A stretch of DNA of 64,000 bases from Epiperipatus broadwayi (lineage: Eukaryota; Animalia; Onychophora). The position numbers and the translations under genes were made by a program. Shown piece after piece: positions 48,511-61,440 of the stretch; the first letter of the stretch is position 1, and each line of letters begins with the position of its first letter. The notes beneath the pieces are model-generated. The model was not told the origin of the DNA and searched no databases. It was given only the letters and a program-made list of their open reading frames with translations. The stretch is taken from assembly GCA_028023455.1 (NCBI GenBank), contig JAQFVV010000005.1, positions 23,002,001-23,066,000 of the forward strand, given 5' to 3'.

Positions 48511-49805
48511 CACCCACCCCATCCCATTTGGTGCGATACAAGTACATAACTTCATAAAATGTGACAATTATACCTATTTTTGTCATGACTTGCTACATTG
48601 TCTAGCTTGTATGTTAAAGTTTCACTATTTAATTAAGAGTATACCTCAACTAACAAATAAAGTTTAAAATTATTAATACCACAATAGTGCTTTATTGCAC
48701 AATCTAGCAACAATCAAATTGTATATAATCTTTACTGGGCACAATGAATGTAAATATTGCTGGTGAATTAATTATCTACTCAGGATGTTTGTGATTGAAT
48801 AATGTGAGACTGAGAACAAGGACCAATAAAACATAAAGTAGGTTAAACATAATGGATGTATAGGGCTTATACATTAATTTAACTTAATGCAATTTATCTC
48901 CTATACAAAATAATAACAGACCTTGCATTTATACCAAAATCTAATAATATAAGGTAGATACCTGTATCTTCTTATATATCAGCGTTCATTTATTAATATT
49001 ATAATTACAACACTAATAACTATAAAGAACATAATTCTATAAATTTAGAATGAAAATTCAGTAGATAATCTCTTTTAACAAATAATCTCCAAAAACTATG
49101 CACAGCTTGAAGGCATTATATTTAAGGCAGATCACACTTTTAAGTAGCATTCAAAGGTTATTGAAGTTTTTACTAGCTATAATTTTAACAATATACACTT
49201 AACATTAAATCCTCATGATGGAATAATCCATTTGGAAGTTAAGATTCAAAGCAGGGAATAGTGGGTCCCTACATTTGCAGATTCATGTCTGCAAGGGATG
49301 AAAACACCCCTGCAATGCAAAGAGTGATGTGATACATCTGACAAATGTTGGTTTTAATTATCTAATAGCCAGGGTGCCATAAATAATTGGGGATCCCATG
49401 GAATCTAGTTAACTACACAGGGATAGACTGGTGCCGACAGAATCACAGGACTGAATATGACCAGGTCCCTTGTGTGGGCAAAGCATGCAGCGGGACACCC
49501 ATGAATCCTTAATCTCAATCAATTTATGTACCATAATCCATGTAGTTTTCAAAATAAATGTATTTCTTAATAATAATAAAAAAAAAGATTCAAAGCATTA
49601 TTTTCAAATATTTGCAGCAAATTACAATTATTACTCCTATTCCAACTTGCATGTTAGTTAGAGTGTTAAATTAAATTTTCTAAATGAATTAATTGTCTTT
49701 TGTCATATTCTCATGATACATCCAATAATTATAAATCAATTATTCTTGGTTTGATATTAATAATGTAGTTTTGCATGAAATAAGCAAACAATAAGGTAAT
49801 AATAT

Positions 49806-50396
49806 TGTTGTGTTTGGTTAGGCTTACAGGTTCGGTTCCAAACCAACAGACACCAAAGAACAACTATTCAGCAATTAATATGTACAATTTATTAGTACTA
49901 AAAAATATACACACTTGTTAGTTAAACAATAATATGCATATATTGTTTATACACGTTAATGCTGAGATAGTCATATCAAATAATGGAACTCGCTTCCAGC
50001 TAATGATTGCACTGCCTTGTGAGCTCTGGTAAGATTTCCAGATATGTATTTAGCTTGCCTTGAGTCGAGTGCAGATGTAGCAGTTTCCAGTCCGTAGGTG
50101 GACTTGCCTCACTGCATGGATGTCGCAATAATGAGTAGAGAGACTACATATGCTGATGGCAGAGGGTTTAATGGAGAGCATGTTCAGTCGTTCAGGTTGA
50201 CAGATGTAATTGTTCTCTGCCTTGCCTCCAAAAGGCTGACTATTTAATGGCAGATCCCCTACCATACTAGAAATACGTGGATTTGGAGCACGAACCCCAG
50301 TGAAGGATTTAATCCCTTTGGATAGCAACTGGATGCTAGCTTATCAGATAAGGAATCTGAAATAGTCTGCTTCTAAAGGCAAAGTCAGATATGACA
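49806..50396 (-). repeat. 3' LTR of Gypsy element 2
   Basis: Minus strand begins TGTCATAT right after the PPT AGGGAGAGGGA (50397-50407), contains AATAAA and ends CCAAACACAACA. Confidence 0.7.
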
Positions 50397-53020
50397 TCCC
50401 TCTCCCTGGCTAAAATTAGCCCTGGAGGACAAAGTCGTCGAGATGCACTGGATGACCTATTGTCCGCTTGGTTGGTTTCTCTGGTTGATTGTTGTCCCTG
50501 TCTTCATCTTCTTCGCTTGATGAACTTGTTTCTAGTTGTCTGCTGCTGTTTGATTTTGCTGTTTATCTTCCCTGCTTGAGCTACTCATCCCAGGTTGACC
50601 ACTGCTCTTGTTAGCTTCTGATATGTGGTTGAGTCTTAGCTGTTTGTGATAGTGATGATGACTATCTTCTGTTTGCACAATGACAGTGTAAAGACCGTTT
50701 ATTTGACTCACCACTGCTCGTATCCATTTTGTGGATTCGTAGTACATACAACATAGTACTTGTGTTCCTATTTGAAGTTTTATTTTTTTTATCTTGTTCA
50801 AGTTTGGCATCAGGTTTCAGGGTTGATAGCATAGTTCTTAAGGGTCTGTTGAATAACAGTTCTGCAGGAGTCTTCCCTGTTACTGTGCTCGGAATGGAGT
50901 GCTGCGCTAGCAATCTTGGAAACTGTGGTATTCCAACGTCCTGTATCCATACCAATCTCTCTGCCTGACCATTACTTTCAGGATGGAATAGAGGGCTGTT
51001 CATGAGTTCGATGTTGTTATTAGTGCAGAAGGTTTTGAATGCACCAGATGAAAAAGCTGTGCCATTGTCAGTCACTAGTATTTTTGGAAGTCCATGTGAG
51101 GCAAATAGCTTTCTCAGAACTTCTGTCATGGTTGTGGAGTGAAGTGATGGTACCTCCACAATCTCCAGCCACCTGGAGAATGAATCAACCACTATCAGCA
51201 GTAGTTTGCCTTTCCATGGACCAGCATGGTCCAGATGGAGTTTAGACCAGGGCCCTTTAGGTTTGGCCACTGGGCTATTTTGTCTTTTGCTAGCATATTC
51301 TGATTTGTCTTGCATTGCCAGCAATGGTGGCCTTTGACTTTCTTTATTGCCATCACCTTCTTTTGAGTTGGGTAAATGCCACTAGCATATATTTTATACA
51401 CAGGAACTCAAGCTCTCTGGCTTCAAATATGCACTTCTCTGAGTTTATTTTAATGCCAGAGGCTTTTAATTTATCTAGGAGTTCTTTGGTGGCACTCCAG
51501 AGTTGTTCAGGAGTTTGAGCCACTAGTAAAACCTCATCAAAGTATGGTAGTGCACCCAGTATTCCTGCAATCAGTTGATCCATAACTCTCTGGAATATTG
51601 CTGGGGCGCCCGAAATACCAAAAGATAGTCGGTTTCCTTAAACATAATCCTCTAGACTTTTCCTCCTCTTCTTCTTCCTTAAACATAGGTCATAGGATTT
51701 GAGCACCTATTCGTTTTTTTTTACCATTACTTTCATGACTTATATTAGGGTTTAAATTCAGTTTATTAACAACTACTTTTGGATAGAACTTTTTTGAATT
51801 TATTTTTGTGAGCTGGTTCACTTAAGGCATTGCAAAGTCTTAAGTGATTGTACCAGTCTTGACCTAATAAATTGCTATATTCACCTGATGATACAACCAG
51901 AGGGAGATATATAGTTTTATTAGTCATAGTAACTTTAACTTTTCTTTGACCCATGATGATATTTGATTGCCTTGATAGCCAATGATTATTTTGCTACTAG
52001 GATGCAGCTGATGTTTATTTGTATTATTAATGATAGCTCATATCTTTTTTGACACAATGGATATTGCAGATCCATAGTCCAGTTTCATTGTTACTGGAAT
52101 ATCATTAATAATAATTCTGCATTTGAAAACATGCTCAATACTTCTCATACTGTTTATGCTAACCTTGATACAATTTGTTTTTATCTTGCTTTTGTCGCTT
52201 TTTGGAATGGACTATTCCATTTTGTCATTAACAATTTTCTTTTAAAACAAGCAGCTTTTTTGTGATTGACATGCTTGTAATATGTACACACTGTATATTG
52301 GGGGTGGACATTTGGTGTGTGCTTGTTTTGATTCATCACATCTATAACAACATTTTTCAGTTGATGTTGCCGATTTATTCGGGCAGTTTTTTTTTGTCAA
52401 CTGGGTAGTTGTTTGAGCCAGGTTTTTGGTCAGCAATTTTAATGCTGTAATTCATTTTCTTCAATGGACTTTCTTGACTTGCTGCTGATTCTGCTAGAGT
52501 CACTTGAGAGATAGCTGAATCAAAGGGGGTCAGTGTCCATTAACAGCTTAATTCTAAGGTTGTGGCCTCTCATTCCACAAATAAAATGATCTCTCAGAGC
52601 TTCGTTGAGTAAGTCTTTAAAATTGCATTTTAAACCTAGCTTCCTGATTTTAACAGTAAAATCTCTCACTTTCTCTCTTTCACTTTGGGTACAGAGATTG
52701 AAATAATATCTGCATTATTGTTAAGGGTTTTGGGCATAAATGGCTTGTCAATAGAAACAATGCTTTGTCAGAATCAAGATCAGCTGGAAGTACAGGGGCT
52801 GGCTGTGTTTGAGGAATTTCATATGTCTCAGATCTGATGAGTGAGATCATATTGGCTAATTTTTAAGTCAGATCTTTTGATTTGATTAGCCTGCTTATAG
52901 AAAAACACTCAATCTTTATAGGTTGGCCAGTTTCTAGGATAGGTTGGATCAAATTCTTCTAATTTGAGTCTTTTTGATTTTTTCTTTCTCTTTCACCATG
53001 AGGAAAAAGGATTGACTATT
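50397..53020 (-). mobile_element. Ty3/Gypsy (Mag-type) internal region, deleted and 5'-truncated
   Basis: Integrase ORF 50662-51324 (LHLDHAGP, VVDSFSRW, VTDNG, SNGQAERLV); RT ORF 51353-51583 (YFDEVL); protease MKLDYGSAIS; gag CCHC CYRCDESKQAHTKC; gag N-terminus EEFDPTYPRNWPTY. Confidence 0.92.
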
Positions 53021-54328
53021 ATTTAATAATTAACAAGTAACTACGCATTTGGATTTTTAAATTTTTTATTGATATGCTAATAATGTTAGCTGTCAATTTT
53101 TTAAGATTAATGACAAAAATCTAATGATCCACAGTTGTTTTAAACTTTTTTCAACTGTGGAGAAAGTTTTTTTTGTAATTTTGTCAACTGTGCCAGCTCT
53201 TGTGGTTAGGTGGGAATCCAATAAAGATAAGATGGAATCTGAATTACTCCATTATTTGAAGACAAGGTGATATAACAGGTATTCTATCTATTTACAATTT
53301 TTTGGTATTGTTAGCATACACATATATTACATTCCAGTTAGAATTATCAATCCTATAACAAAGATGTTAATCTCTTTAAATAAAAAACAATTCAAACAAA
53401 TAATTTTCAGAGTTTATTATTTCTAAAACAATTTATTTTTAAAGTAAATTTTCAATGTGAATTGACAATTTTTATTCAAAACACAGTTTTAATTATTGTT
53501 TAGATGAAACATAATAGAATGCATAATTTCTAAAAAGGCATTACAAACTAATATGAATGTTCACCATTTTGTTTTATCCAAATAATAGTTAAAATTGTTT
53601 GTTTTAAATAGAAATTTTTGATTGTAATTCATAGCAAAACTTGTTTGTTTTGTGAATTATAATAAATTGTATGCAACTTTCTTACAGTATCTTGAAATAT
53701 AGATTAATTTTTTTAATATTAAATTATGTTATTTGTCTTCATTAGTTTGTATTGTTTTTATATAAAATTATGTCTTAAATTTTAAAATCTTCTAGTTTTT
53801 TTGTGTGTAAAATTAATCATCAAATTTTAAAATTACATTAACATTAGTTTTTATAAAATTTCATTTGTTTATTTTGAAAATTATAATTTTATCGACATTT
53901 TCAGTAAGGTTTTGGAGGGCTCTACCTAGTATGTTGTACCCACGTAGTAGATTTCATAAACCTGTGTCATTTTTTTTATTTCTGTTTCCATAACCAAATT
54001 TATCCAGCGCCTTTTGATTTTCCAATCATTTTTTTATTTTTACCATTAAAATCTGCCATAACAATTTTAAAATGTTTTGTCTAATTAAAAACATTCAGTA
54101 ACATCTATATAAAAATTCATATTATTTTTATCAGTATAAGAACTTATTAGTTATGACATTTAGTATATCTATTTAAGATGAATAACTAACCTTGCAAATC
54201 TGTCTAATATATTATCAATTTCCAATGTTTTTCTTTTTTTTTATTTATGATGGATTCATTCCATCTCACTTGTGCTTCCATTATTTAACTTTGTTGGTAC
54301 TTACATATAATTCCTTTGCTCTCTTCAC

Positions 54329-56013
54329 CGAAGCTTGCCAGGCATTTTTTGGTTTCATTATCCATTTTCAGGGGCGTCAAAGTATTTGTTTGTTTTCAAA
54401 ATAATTTTATCAAATATGTGTTATTTGTTAAGTTTTAAAAATATTAAGAAATCGAATATAAATTACTGTTATCTTTAAAAAATAATGCTAAAACTGATTT
54501 TTAGCTGTCACATCTTTTCATCCTCTATTTTTAAAAAATTGAACTATATTTTGTTTTCATCCTACCTGCAGGAATTTTCATTTATTTTTAAAAAATTGAA
54601 CTGTATTTTATTTGTACTATGTAATTGTAAAATATATCTAACTATAAATGTATTTTTTACATGAAGGTTAATAAAAAAAACTTACATTTTTATGTGCAAT
54701 TTTGAGCTAGGTTATAAACTATTAAATATTAACATTCACATGTGGCAAAACTTAAAATAATTTGCCAATGCACATTATTGTTTGCGAGACTGATGTTAAC
54801 GAATAAGTGATCATAGACTGGTGTCATTTTTTCCGGAAAGAATGTGCTACACATTTTGACAGGAATTCAGCACTTGTCGGTGGATTTGGTGACAATGGCG
54901 AACTACAGATAGTGGAGATCAAAGAGTTGTATTTCTTTCACCGAAAACACTATAAGGGGGCAATGAGAGAAGGCCATTGAGTGTTCGGTGGATTGAGAGA
55001 GGATCAAGAAAGTGTTTTTTAGCAGAAATTGAAGATAAATCAGCTGCCACTGTGGAACTACTCATAGAGCAACATATTTTACCTGGTACATATATTATCA
55101 CTGACAGTTGCGTGCATATAGCAATATAAGTGATCTAGATAATGGTATATACCTTCACTCTGTCGTCATCCATCAAGACAACTTTGTTGACCTGGACAAC
55201 AAATTTATCCACATTAATAATGTGGAAAATATGTGGATGAGAGCAAAGCGTAAGCTAAATTAACAATTGGGTATCAGTAGAGCTTTGTTTTCATACTACC
55301 TGCAGGAATTTGCATTTAGGGGTTTGCACGAAGATGCCACTGTTTTCGGGAATTTCCTTGTGTGCATAGCTCAAAACTATGTTTAAAAATGTAAGTTTTT
55401 TTAGATTTTTTTTTATTAACCTTCATGTAAAAATACATTTATAGTAGATATATTTTACAATTACATAGTACTAATAAAATATAGTTCAATTTTTTAAAAA
55501 TAGGTGAAAAGTTGTGACCGCTAAAAGTCAGTTTTACCAAAATAATAATTTCTTTATAAATACTATTGACAATATTTAATGATTTATTATTTTTTTTTTT
55601 ACATATAACACACAATCCGTTAAGACACTGTGAACATTGTCGTGATTTTTGTATGTTTACCATAGCATTTTCATTCAAGCTATTGGTTAATCATTTTTCC
55701 TAACGTTTTGTTAAAATGATTAAAATTTGGAATCTACCAGCGACAGAAGACAATGAAATATTTTCAAGTTTACAGAATAGTGCCTGCGTGAAAAGTGTGT
55801 CTAATGGGGATGATATGAAACTATGTGCAAACAGTGACAATGGCAGTGTAATCTCAAAACATGTTTAAAGCGAGTATTCTTTCATCATGTTTTTTATTTT
55901 GTTTATTACGATTACATTAAATTTTATTTAATTACAGTGGTTTGGAGTTTTATATAATTTTATATGTATTTATAGTCCTCTTTAAAAAAAAAAAAAACAT
56001 CTGGCAAGCTTCG
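54329..56013 (+). mobile_element. Merlin (IS1016/IS1595-like) DNA transposon, defective
   Basis: Transposase pseudogene at about 54790-55386: IVEIKELYF.HRKH.KG...VFGG...ILPGTYIITD...HINNVENMWMRAKRKL...YLQEF. Candidate TIRs CGAAGCTTGCCAG (54329-54341, 56001-56013). Confidence 0.85.
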
Positions 56014-57149
56014 CAAATCACTTTAGTAAAGTGCATGTCCATTCTTCAAATCAAGTATCTTCATCTTTTTTTCTAACTTGATAAAGTCCAACAATATCCT
56101 ATTTAATATTAGACAATTCTTCCAATTCATTGAAAGTGATCTGCACTTGTAGATAGCTAAATAGCCTATAAAAGCGAAATACCCGCTGACGAAGAAGCTG
56201 CAAAAAACCAAAGCTAAATAAAAAATTTATCATCATATGGTAATCGATGTAGTCTATATGAAAAATTAACGTGTTATTAACCGTTTTAAATTATATTGTT
56301 TAGGTGATTTATTCTAATCGCTCAACTTATTATTCTTAGAAAAGTTAGGATATATTAATAATACATTATTGTCATAAAGAGAAAATCTGTAAATATGATT
56401 TATTGAACCTATCTTATTTCTCATGCTGTGATCGTTGAAAGGTTAAAATAAATAATTCTTGGGGTTAAACAGCATTTTATTATTAAAGAAATATTGTTAA
56501 TACCTTTTTTTTGTTTTTTCAACAAGAACTACATTGTTTATTTCTTTTACTTGAGATTTCCTCCCCCTTCCCTTATCTTTTTTTTTTACATCAACTTGTC
56601 AAAAATAATTTATTTCTTCAGCTGGTCTGATTTTTTTTCTCGCCAGGATTAATTGAACTTGTGCTATTTAAAACTGGTTCAACTAAATATATATACTAAC
56701 CTAAGACAAGAAATAATTAATCATAAATAATATAAAGCTAATCTGTTTAGTATTTTGATAAAGATAAATCCACCACTAGCAACATTTTCAATATTTATCC
56801 CCATTTTGTACTCCTAATTTTTTAATGATTTTGGTGATATGTTTTCTCATTCATAGATTTCATTTTCAATCCCTCCCCCCTCCCTGTCACTGCCAATATA
56901 TGTTGATATATACACATCTGGAAAGCAGGTTTAAATTATGTAAAATCTTCCCTTTCAAATACTTAGAGTCATATTTCTTTAATATTCTATTTTTATCAAA
57001 AGTTTAATTCTATGATTAATTTCACCCATTATGCTTTTATTTGTATCAATAATCCAATCAAAATATTTGCGATTGTTAACTTCTTCAAATTTATTATTAT
57101 CAATTTTTATTTTCTTCTTTTATCAAAAGCCATTATTGAACATTAGTTG

Positions 57150-59100
57150 TTTTTTTTTAGCATTTGTCTTTAGTCTCACCTTGTTTTCATCTATTCTCTT
57201 GTAACAGTTCCAGAAGATCTGAACCATTATTTTTGAAAATTCACAAAATTAGCTGATTTAAATAACCAATATACATATTCCTTTAGTTTCCCATTTTTAT
57301 TCATAAATATTTCCTGTGAAATTGCTATGAACAGTTGAGGAAATATGGAATCACCCTCTCTCATTACTATTACATTTTGATAAATGGTTTTCAGAATTTG
57401 ATCATATCCCATGATTATGTCTTTATATTCCAAATCTTTAATCACCATGGAAAAAACACTTGTAGTCAAATATATTTGCATAATGACAATTCAGACTTAT
57501 TGTCTTTTTTATTTTAATATTTGGAATTAATCATCTATGCTATAACCACTGCAGTCCTAAACTAGGTACAAACTGAAGTATATGAAGAATTTCATAAATT
57601 TAGAAGTGATAAATTTTGTACTTATCAGAAACTATTCTCTTCAAGTCCTTGTTATAGGATTTATCTGAATTTAGAAATTGTTTCATCTGTATTGGTAATA
57701 TTATAAAAAGTTTGTTTTCATTAAAATGTGAAAAGGCATCAACTTGTCATGTGTGGTTCACTTGTATTTTAGAATCTAGTAATTTGATATCATGAGTCTT
57801 TGCCAGTTCAACTATATTTTACATTGGTAGATGTCACTTTTCTAAATATGGGTTTCAAGATCATTATTTAAACTTTGCAATCATATATAACAGCAAATCG
57901 GGTTTTTTGCCCATACAACTTTCAATGACCTAGACTCAAATGCCAGACTTTTAATTTGGTCCAGATGTAATAATAACTATTTCCCCCAAAGATTATATCT
58001 ATTTGCTATATAAAGATTCTCAAACACATTCTGAAACTCTTTTCAAATTTTTGAAACCATTGATAGATCAGTCTATTTTAAAAGGATTTAACAATCTAAA
58101 TTCTGCATAATTTAGACAGCAACAATGTTGGGTTTGTGAATTTATCTTGGTCCATTCTTGATGAAATTCATTCCTATCTGCTACTTTTGATTATGCATTA
58201 ATATGATATAAACATCATGTTGTTGTTGACATTATAGAATTGCAACCCTTGTTCAACTTCACTGGCTTTTATTAACTCATAGATCAGTGTGATCTTTCTA
58301 TTGATTTGATTTTCTAGTTCTTTGGAATCTTTTTTTTTTTTTTTCATTAAATGATATCTTGTTTTCTTGACATGAAACAGACTCCTGATTCATCATCCAC
58401 GTTCATATGTGAGATTATTAGATAGTTTTAATAAGAATCATGTTTTCTGATCAAATTCAACTTTCTGAGTTTGTTGTTTTTTTTGTGTTTTTTAGATAGT
58501 TTCATTATCCTTTGAGATAATTAAAGCTTTTTTTTATTATTTTTTTGTATGACAGATTCTAAGCCACATAGCCTTTGCATTTGCAAATTGCATTGATTTT
58601 TTTTTTAGCCCATCTGAAATTTGATGCTATATTATCTTGTTTATCACACAAAAAACTGTTGGTGATTATCTGTCCAACTTTGTGACTGTGAAAAAGTCCT
58701 GTGCAGTTTAACACAGTGATAAAATGACCAACTCCAGAGCTAAATGTTCCTGATCAAAGCTCAACCCTAACTTCAGATTCTCAAATATTATTATGACCAC
58801 CCAACAAATCAATGTTGTGCTATGAGAGTATTTCCCTTTGGGATATCAAAAATGAGTGGAAGCATTGAGGGTAATGGTATCTTGATGTAGTGAAATTCCT
58901 TTCTCTGTACTAGAATTATTTCATAAACCAAATTTTTTCCAATCACATTTTTGTAATCGAGATCAGAGATGGCTAACAACTGCTGATAGAATGCATCATC
59001 AAAATACCCAACATAAATTTGTTCCAATAATGTTTTTCCAGGAATTCATTATAACTATTCTTTTTGATTAATTAATAACACCTTTTATCATATTCCAAAA
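57150..59100 (-). mobile_element. Highly decayed LINE ORF2 (endonuclease to RT)
   Basis: VMREGDSIFPQLFIAISQEIF (RT motif) at 57227-57481; IYVGYFD (endonuclease GDFN-like) at about 59000-59020. Confidence 0.45.
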
Positions 59101-60136
59101 CTTTCTTTCTCATGTTATTAAAATGGAGATAGGAGACATGCTGTAATAGGATAGGATTGAAATAATCACCAGGTTTTAATCACTATATTGCACAATAGTT
59201 TTTGTGGAAGCTGAAACTCATAGATCATTAACTGATTTTATAACTTTTGGATCAGTTAATTAAAATAAAGTAGTGATACTCTGATCACCCTGTTTGATTT
59301 ACCAAAAGAACTTCCCTACATGGTTCTTATAAATTGACCCATCTGTTGTGATGATTGATATTAAATTATGTTATAGCCATCTACTCATTTAAGGTCATTT
59401 TCATATAATAATGATATAAATAGTTAATTACAACTTACTGAATATATATAACACTGTTTATAGTTTGTTTATATCAATTCTTTACTTATAAGACAAAGTG
59501 TATTTTTCTTTTCATTTGTTCAATAAAAGAAAGAAAATCCTAGCCAAAATGATCTTCGTTATCTAATTAGTTCTCAATTTTTAGTAGTTTGTAACTGATT
59601 TTATATTTATTACTTAAGCTTCCAATTAGGACTACTTGATAGTCCCTAAGTTTGGTCCTTAATAACTTTTATAAAATTGTACTAGAAATTTGCTATGTAT
59701 CGAAACCAAAATAAAATATTTTGACTTTGTTAAATTAAATAGATGTACTGTATTTCCTTCTGAAGTTAATTAATGTCAGAACTTTTAAAAATTGGGCATT
59801 ACAAAATAACCCAATAATACCTTAGTACAATAATTTACGCATTATTATTTTTTGGAATCCATATTCTCTGTGAATCTACCTAGACCTTTATTTATGTAAA
59901 TTTTTGAGCTAATTGTATATTGAAAGCAGTCGTGTATAAATTATTATATATATATTTTGTAAATTATGACTAGTAAAATATAATTTGTGATGTGATTTGA
60001 AAAAGTATTGAGGTGTTTAGCAGGTTCTATTATTTATTGAGAATTATATTTGTCGATATCAATTTTGAGCTATTGACAAATATTTGAAGATTATCTGGAA
60101 AACAATTTTTATATTTCTAATGGGTTTTTGGCTATA

Positions 60137-60250
60137 AGCAAGCGTTGGTAGCCGAGAAGTCAGCGCAGCTGTTTTGCAAGCAAGCAGTTGCTTGCAGACA
60201 GTTGTCACGGGTTCACTTCCTGGCCGATGCTATGACATATGGAAAAAAAA
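60137..60250 (+). mobile_element. tRNA-Val-derived SINE, copy 3 (diverged)
   Basis: TTGGTAGCCGAGAAGTCAGCGCAGCTG...GGGTTCACTTCC...GATGCTATGACATATGGAAAAAAA. Confidence 0.6.
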
Positions 60251-61330
60251 CCCATCATCAATAGTTTATCACTGAATTCCACTTGCCTTAACAAACGTTT
60301 TTTTTTTCTTGATAAAAATAGCAAAATAATGACTTGCTCACATGGTGTATGTCATTTTTTTCTCATGGCTTTTTATGGAAGACTAGTATCTTAATTAAAC
60401 ATCTTGTTTATCCAGTCTTAAACACTTCTACCATTGCACTCATGTCAGCATCTTGTATTCATTTAATTAAACTTTGCCAAGCACTTTCCTCCAGGCTTTC
60501 AGAACTAGTATATCAAACTATTTTTGTAGTCATATGGCTCCTTACGAATACTGGAGTTAGATTTTCCCCTCAATAATAGATGTATTGTTTCTTTTATTGT
60601 TTAAAGAATTTTAAACAGATTTTTCCATCTCCTTACTTTTGAAAAATCTACTATTTTTCTTTATATTTTCACCATTGGTATTGATTGTGAAATAGTGATC
60701 ATGTGAGATATTGATTGTGTATCACTTGTGTATTTAATATAACTTTTATATCTGCATCATGTATTGTTTATTGTTAAATCACATTTAGCAAAGTTAGGAT
60801 ACTTGAATGTCATTCCTATTTGCAAATAACTTTTTAAATATAAACTACAATTGTGCCCAAGGTATTTTGTCTTTCAGTGTATGTGTGTGTATATAGCATT
60901 TTCAAAAAATGCACTAGTCTGTTATAAATATTAATGTTTTACTTTCAGGTTTTAACATATTATTTATAATTCATCAGAATATAAATTACATATTAATTTT
61001 TATTCATTACCTACCATTGAGCGACTATTTTGAAAGTCTAATTTATATATTGATTTTATGATACCCAGATTAGAACATTATAATGGTAATTATACATATT
61101 AAACTGGATATCATATTTTAATGTTTTGAGATGCCAAGAATAAATTATATTATAAAAAGATCAAAACTTTGCAATTATTATTAGCAGTGACTTCTTGGTC
61201 ATAATATTTATTACCTCGATTCTTTAGAATTTATCAGTAATAGTATTATTAATTGTTGTCACATATGTATAGCGGCATTTTTAACTCCAAAATTCTGTCT
61301 TTGAACTATGAAGATTATATATCTGCTTTA

Positions 61331-61440
61331 TATTATATAAAATCATGCATAGTTTTATATATACTTTAAAACCTCCCATCTATATTATATAAAATCTAGT
61401 CATGTGCATAGTTTTATATATACTTTAAAACCTCCCATCT
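61331..61440. repeat. Local tandem duplication (about 50-59 bp unit)
   Basis: TATTATATAAAATC...CATAGTTTTATATATACTTTAAAACCTCCCATC occurs twice. Confidence 0.85.

Noticed and set aside
54790-55386. Bacterial IS1595 contamination or recent horizontal transfer
   Set aside because: Eukaryotic Merlin elements belong to this family; the copy is decayed and embedded in continuous eukaryotic sequence.
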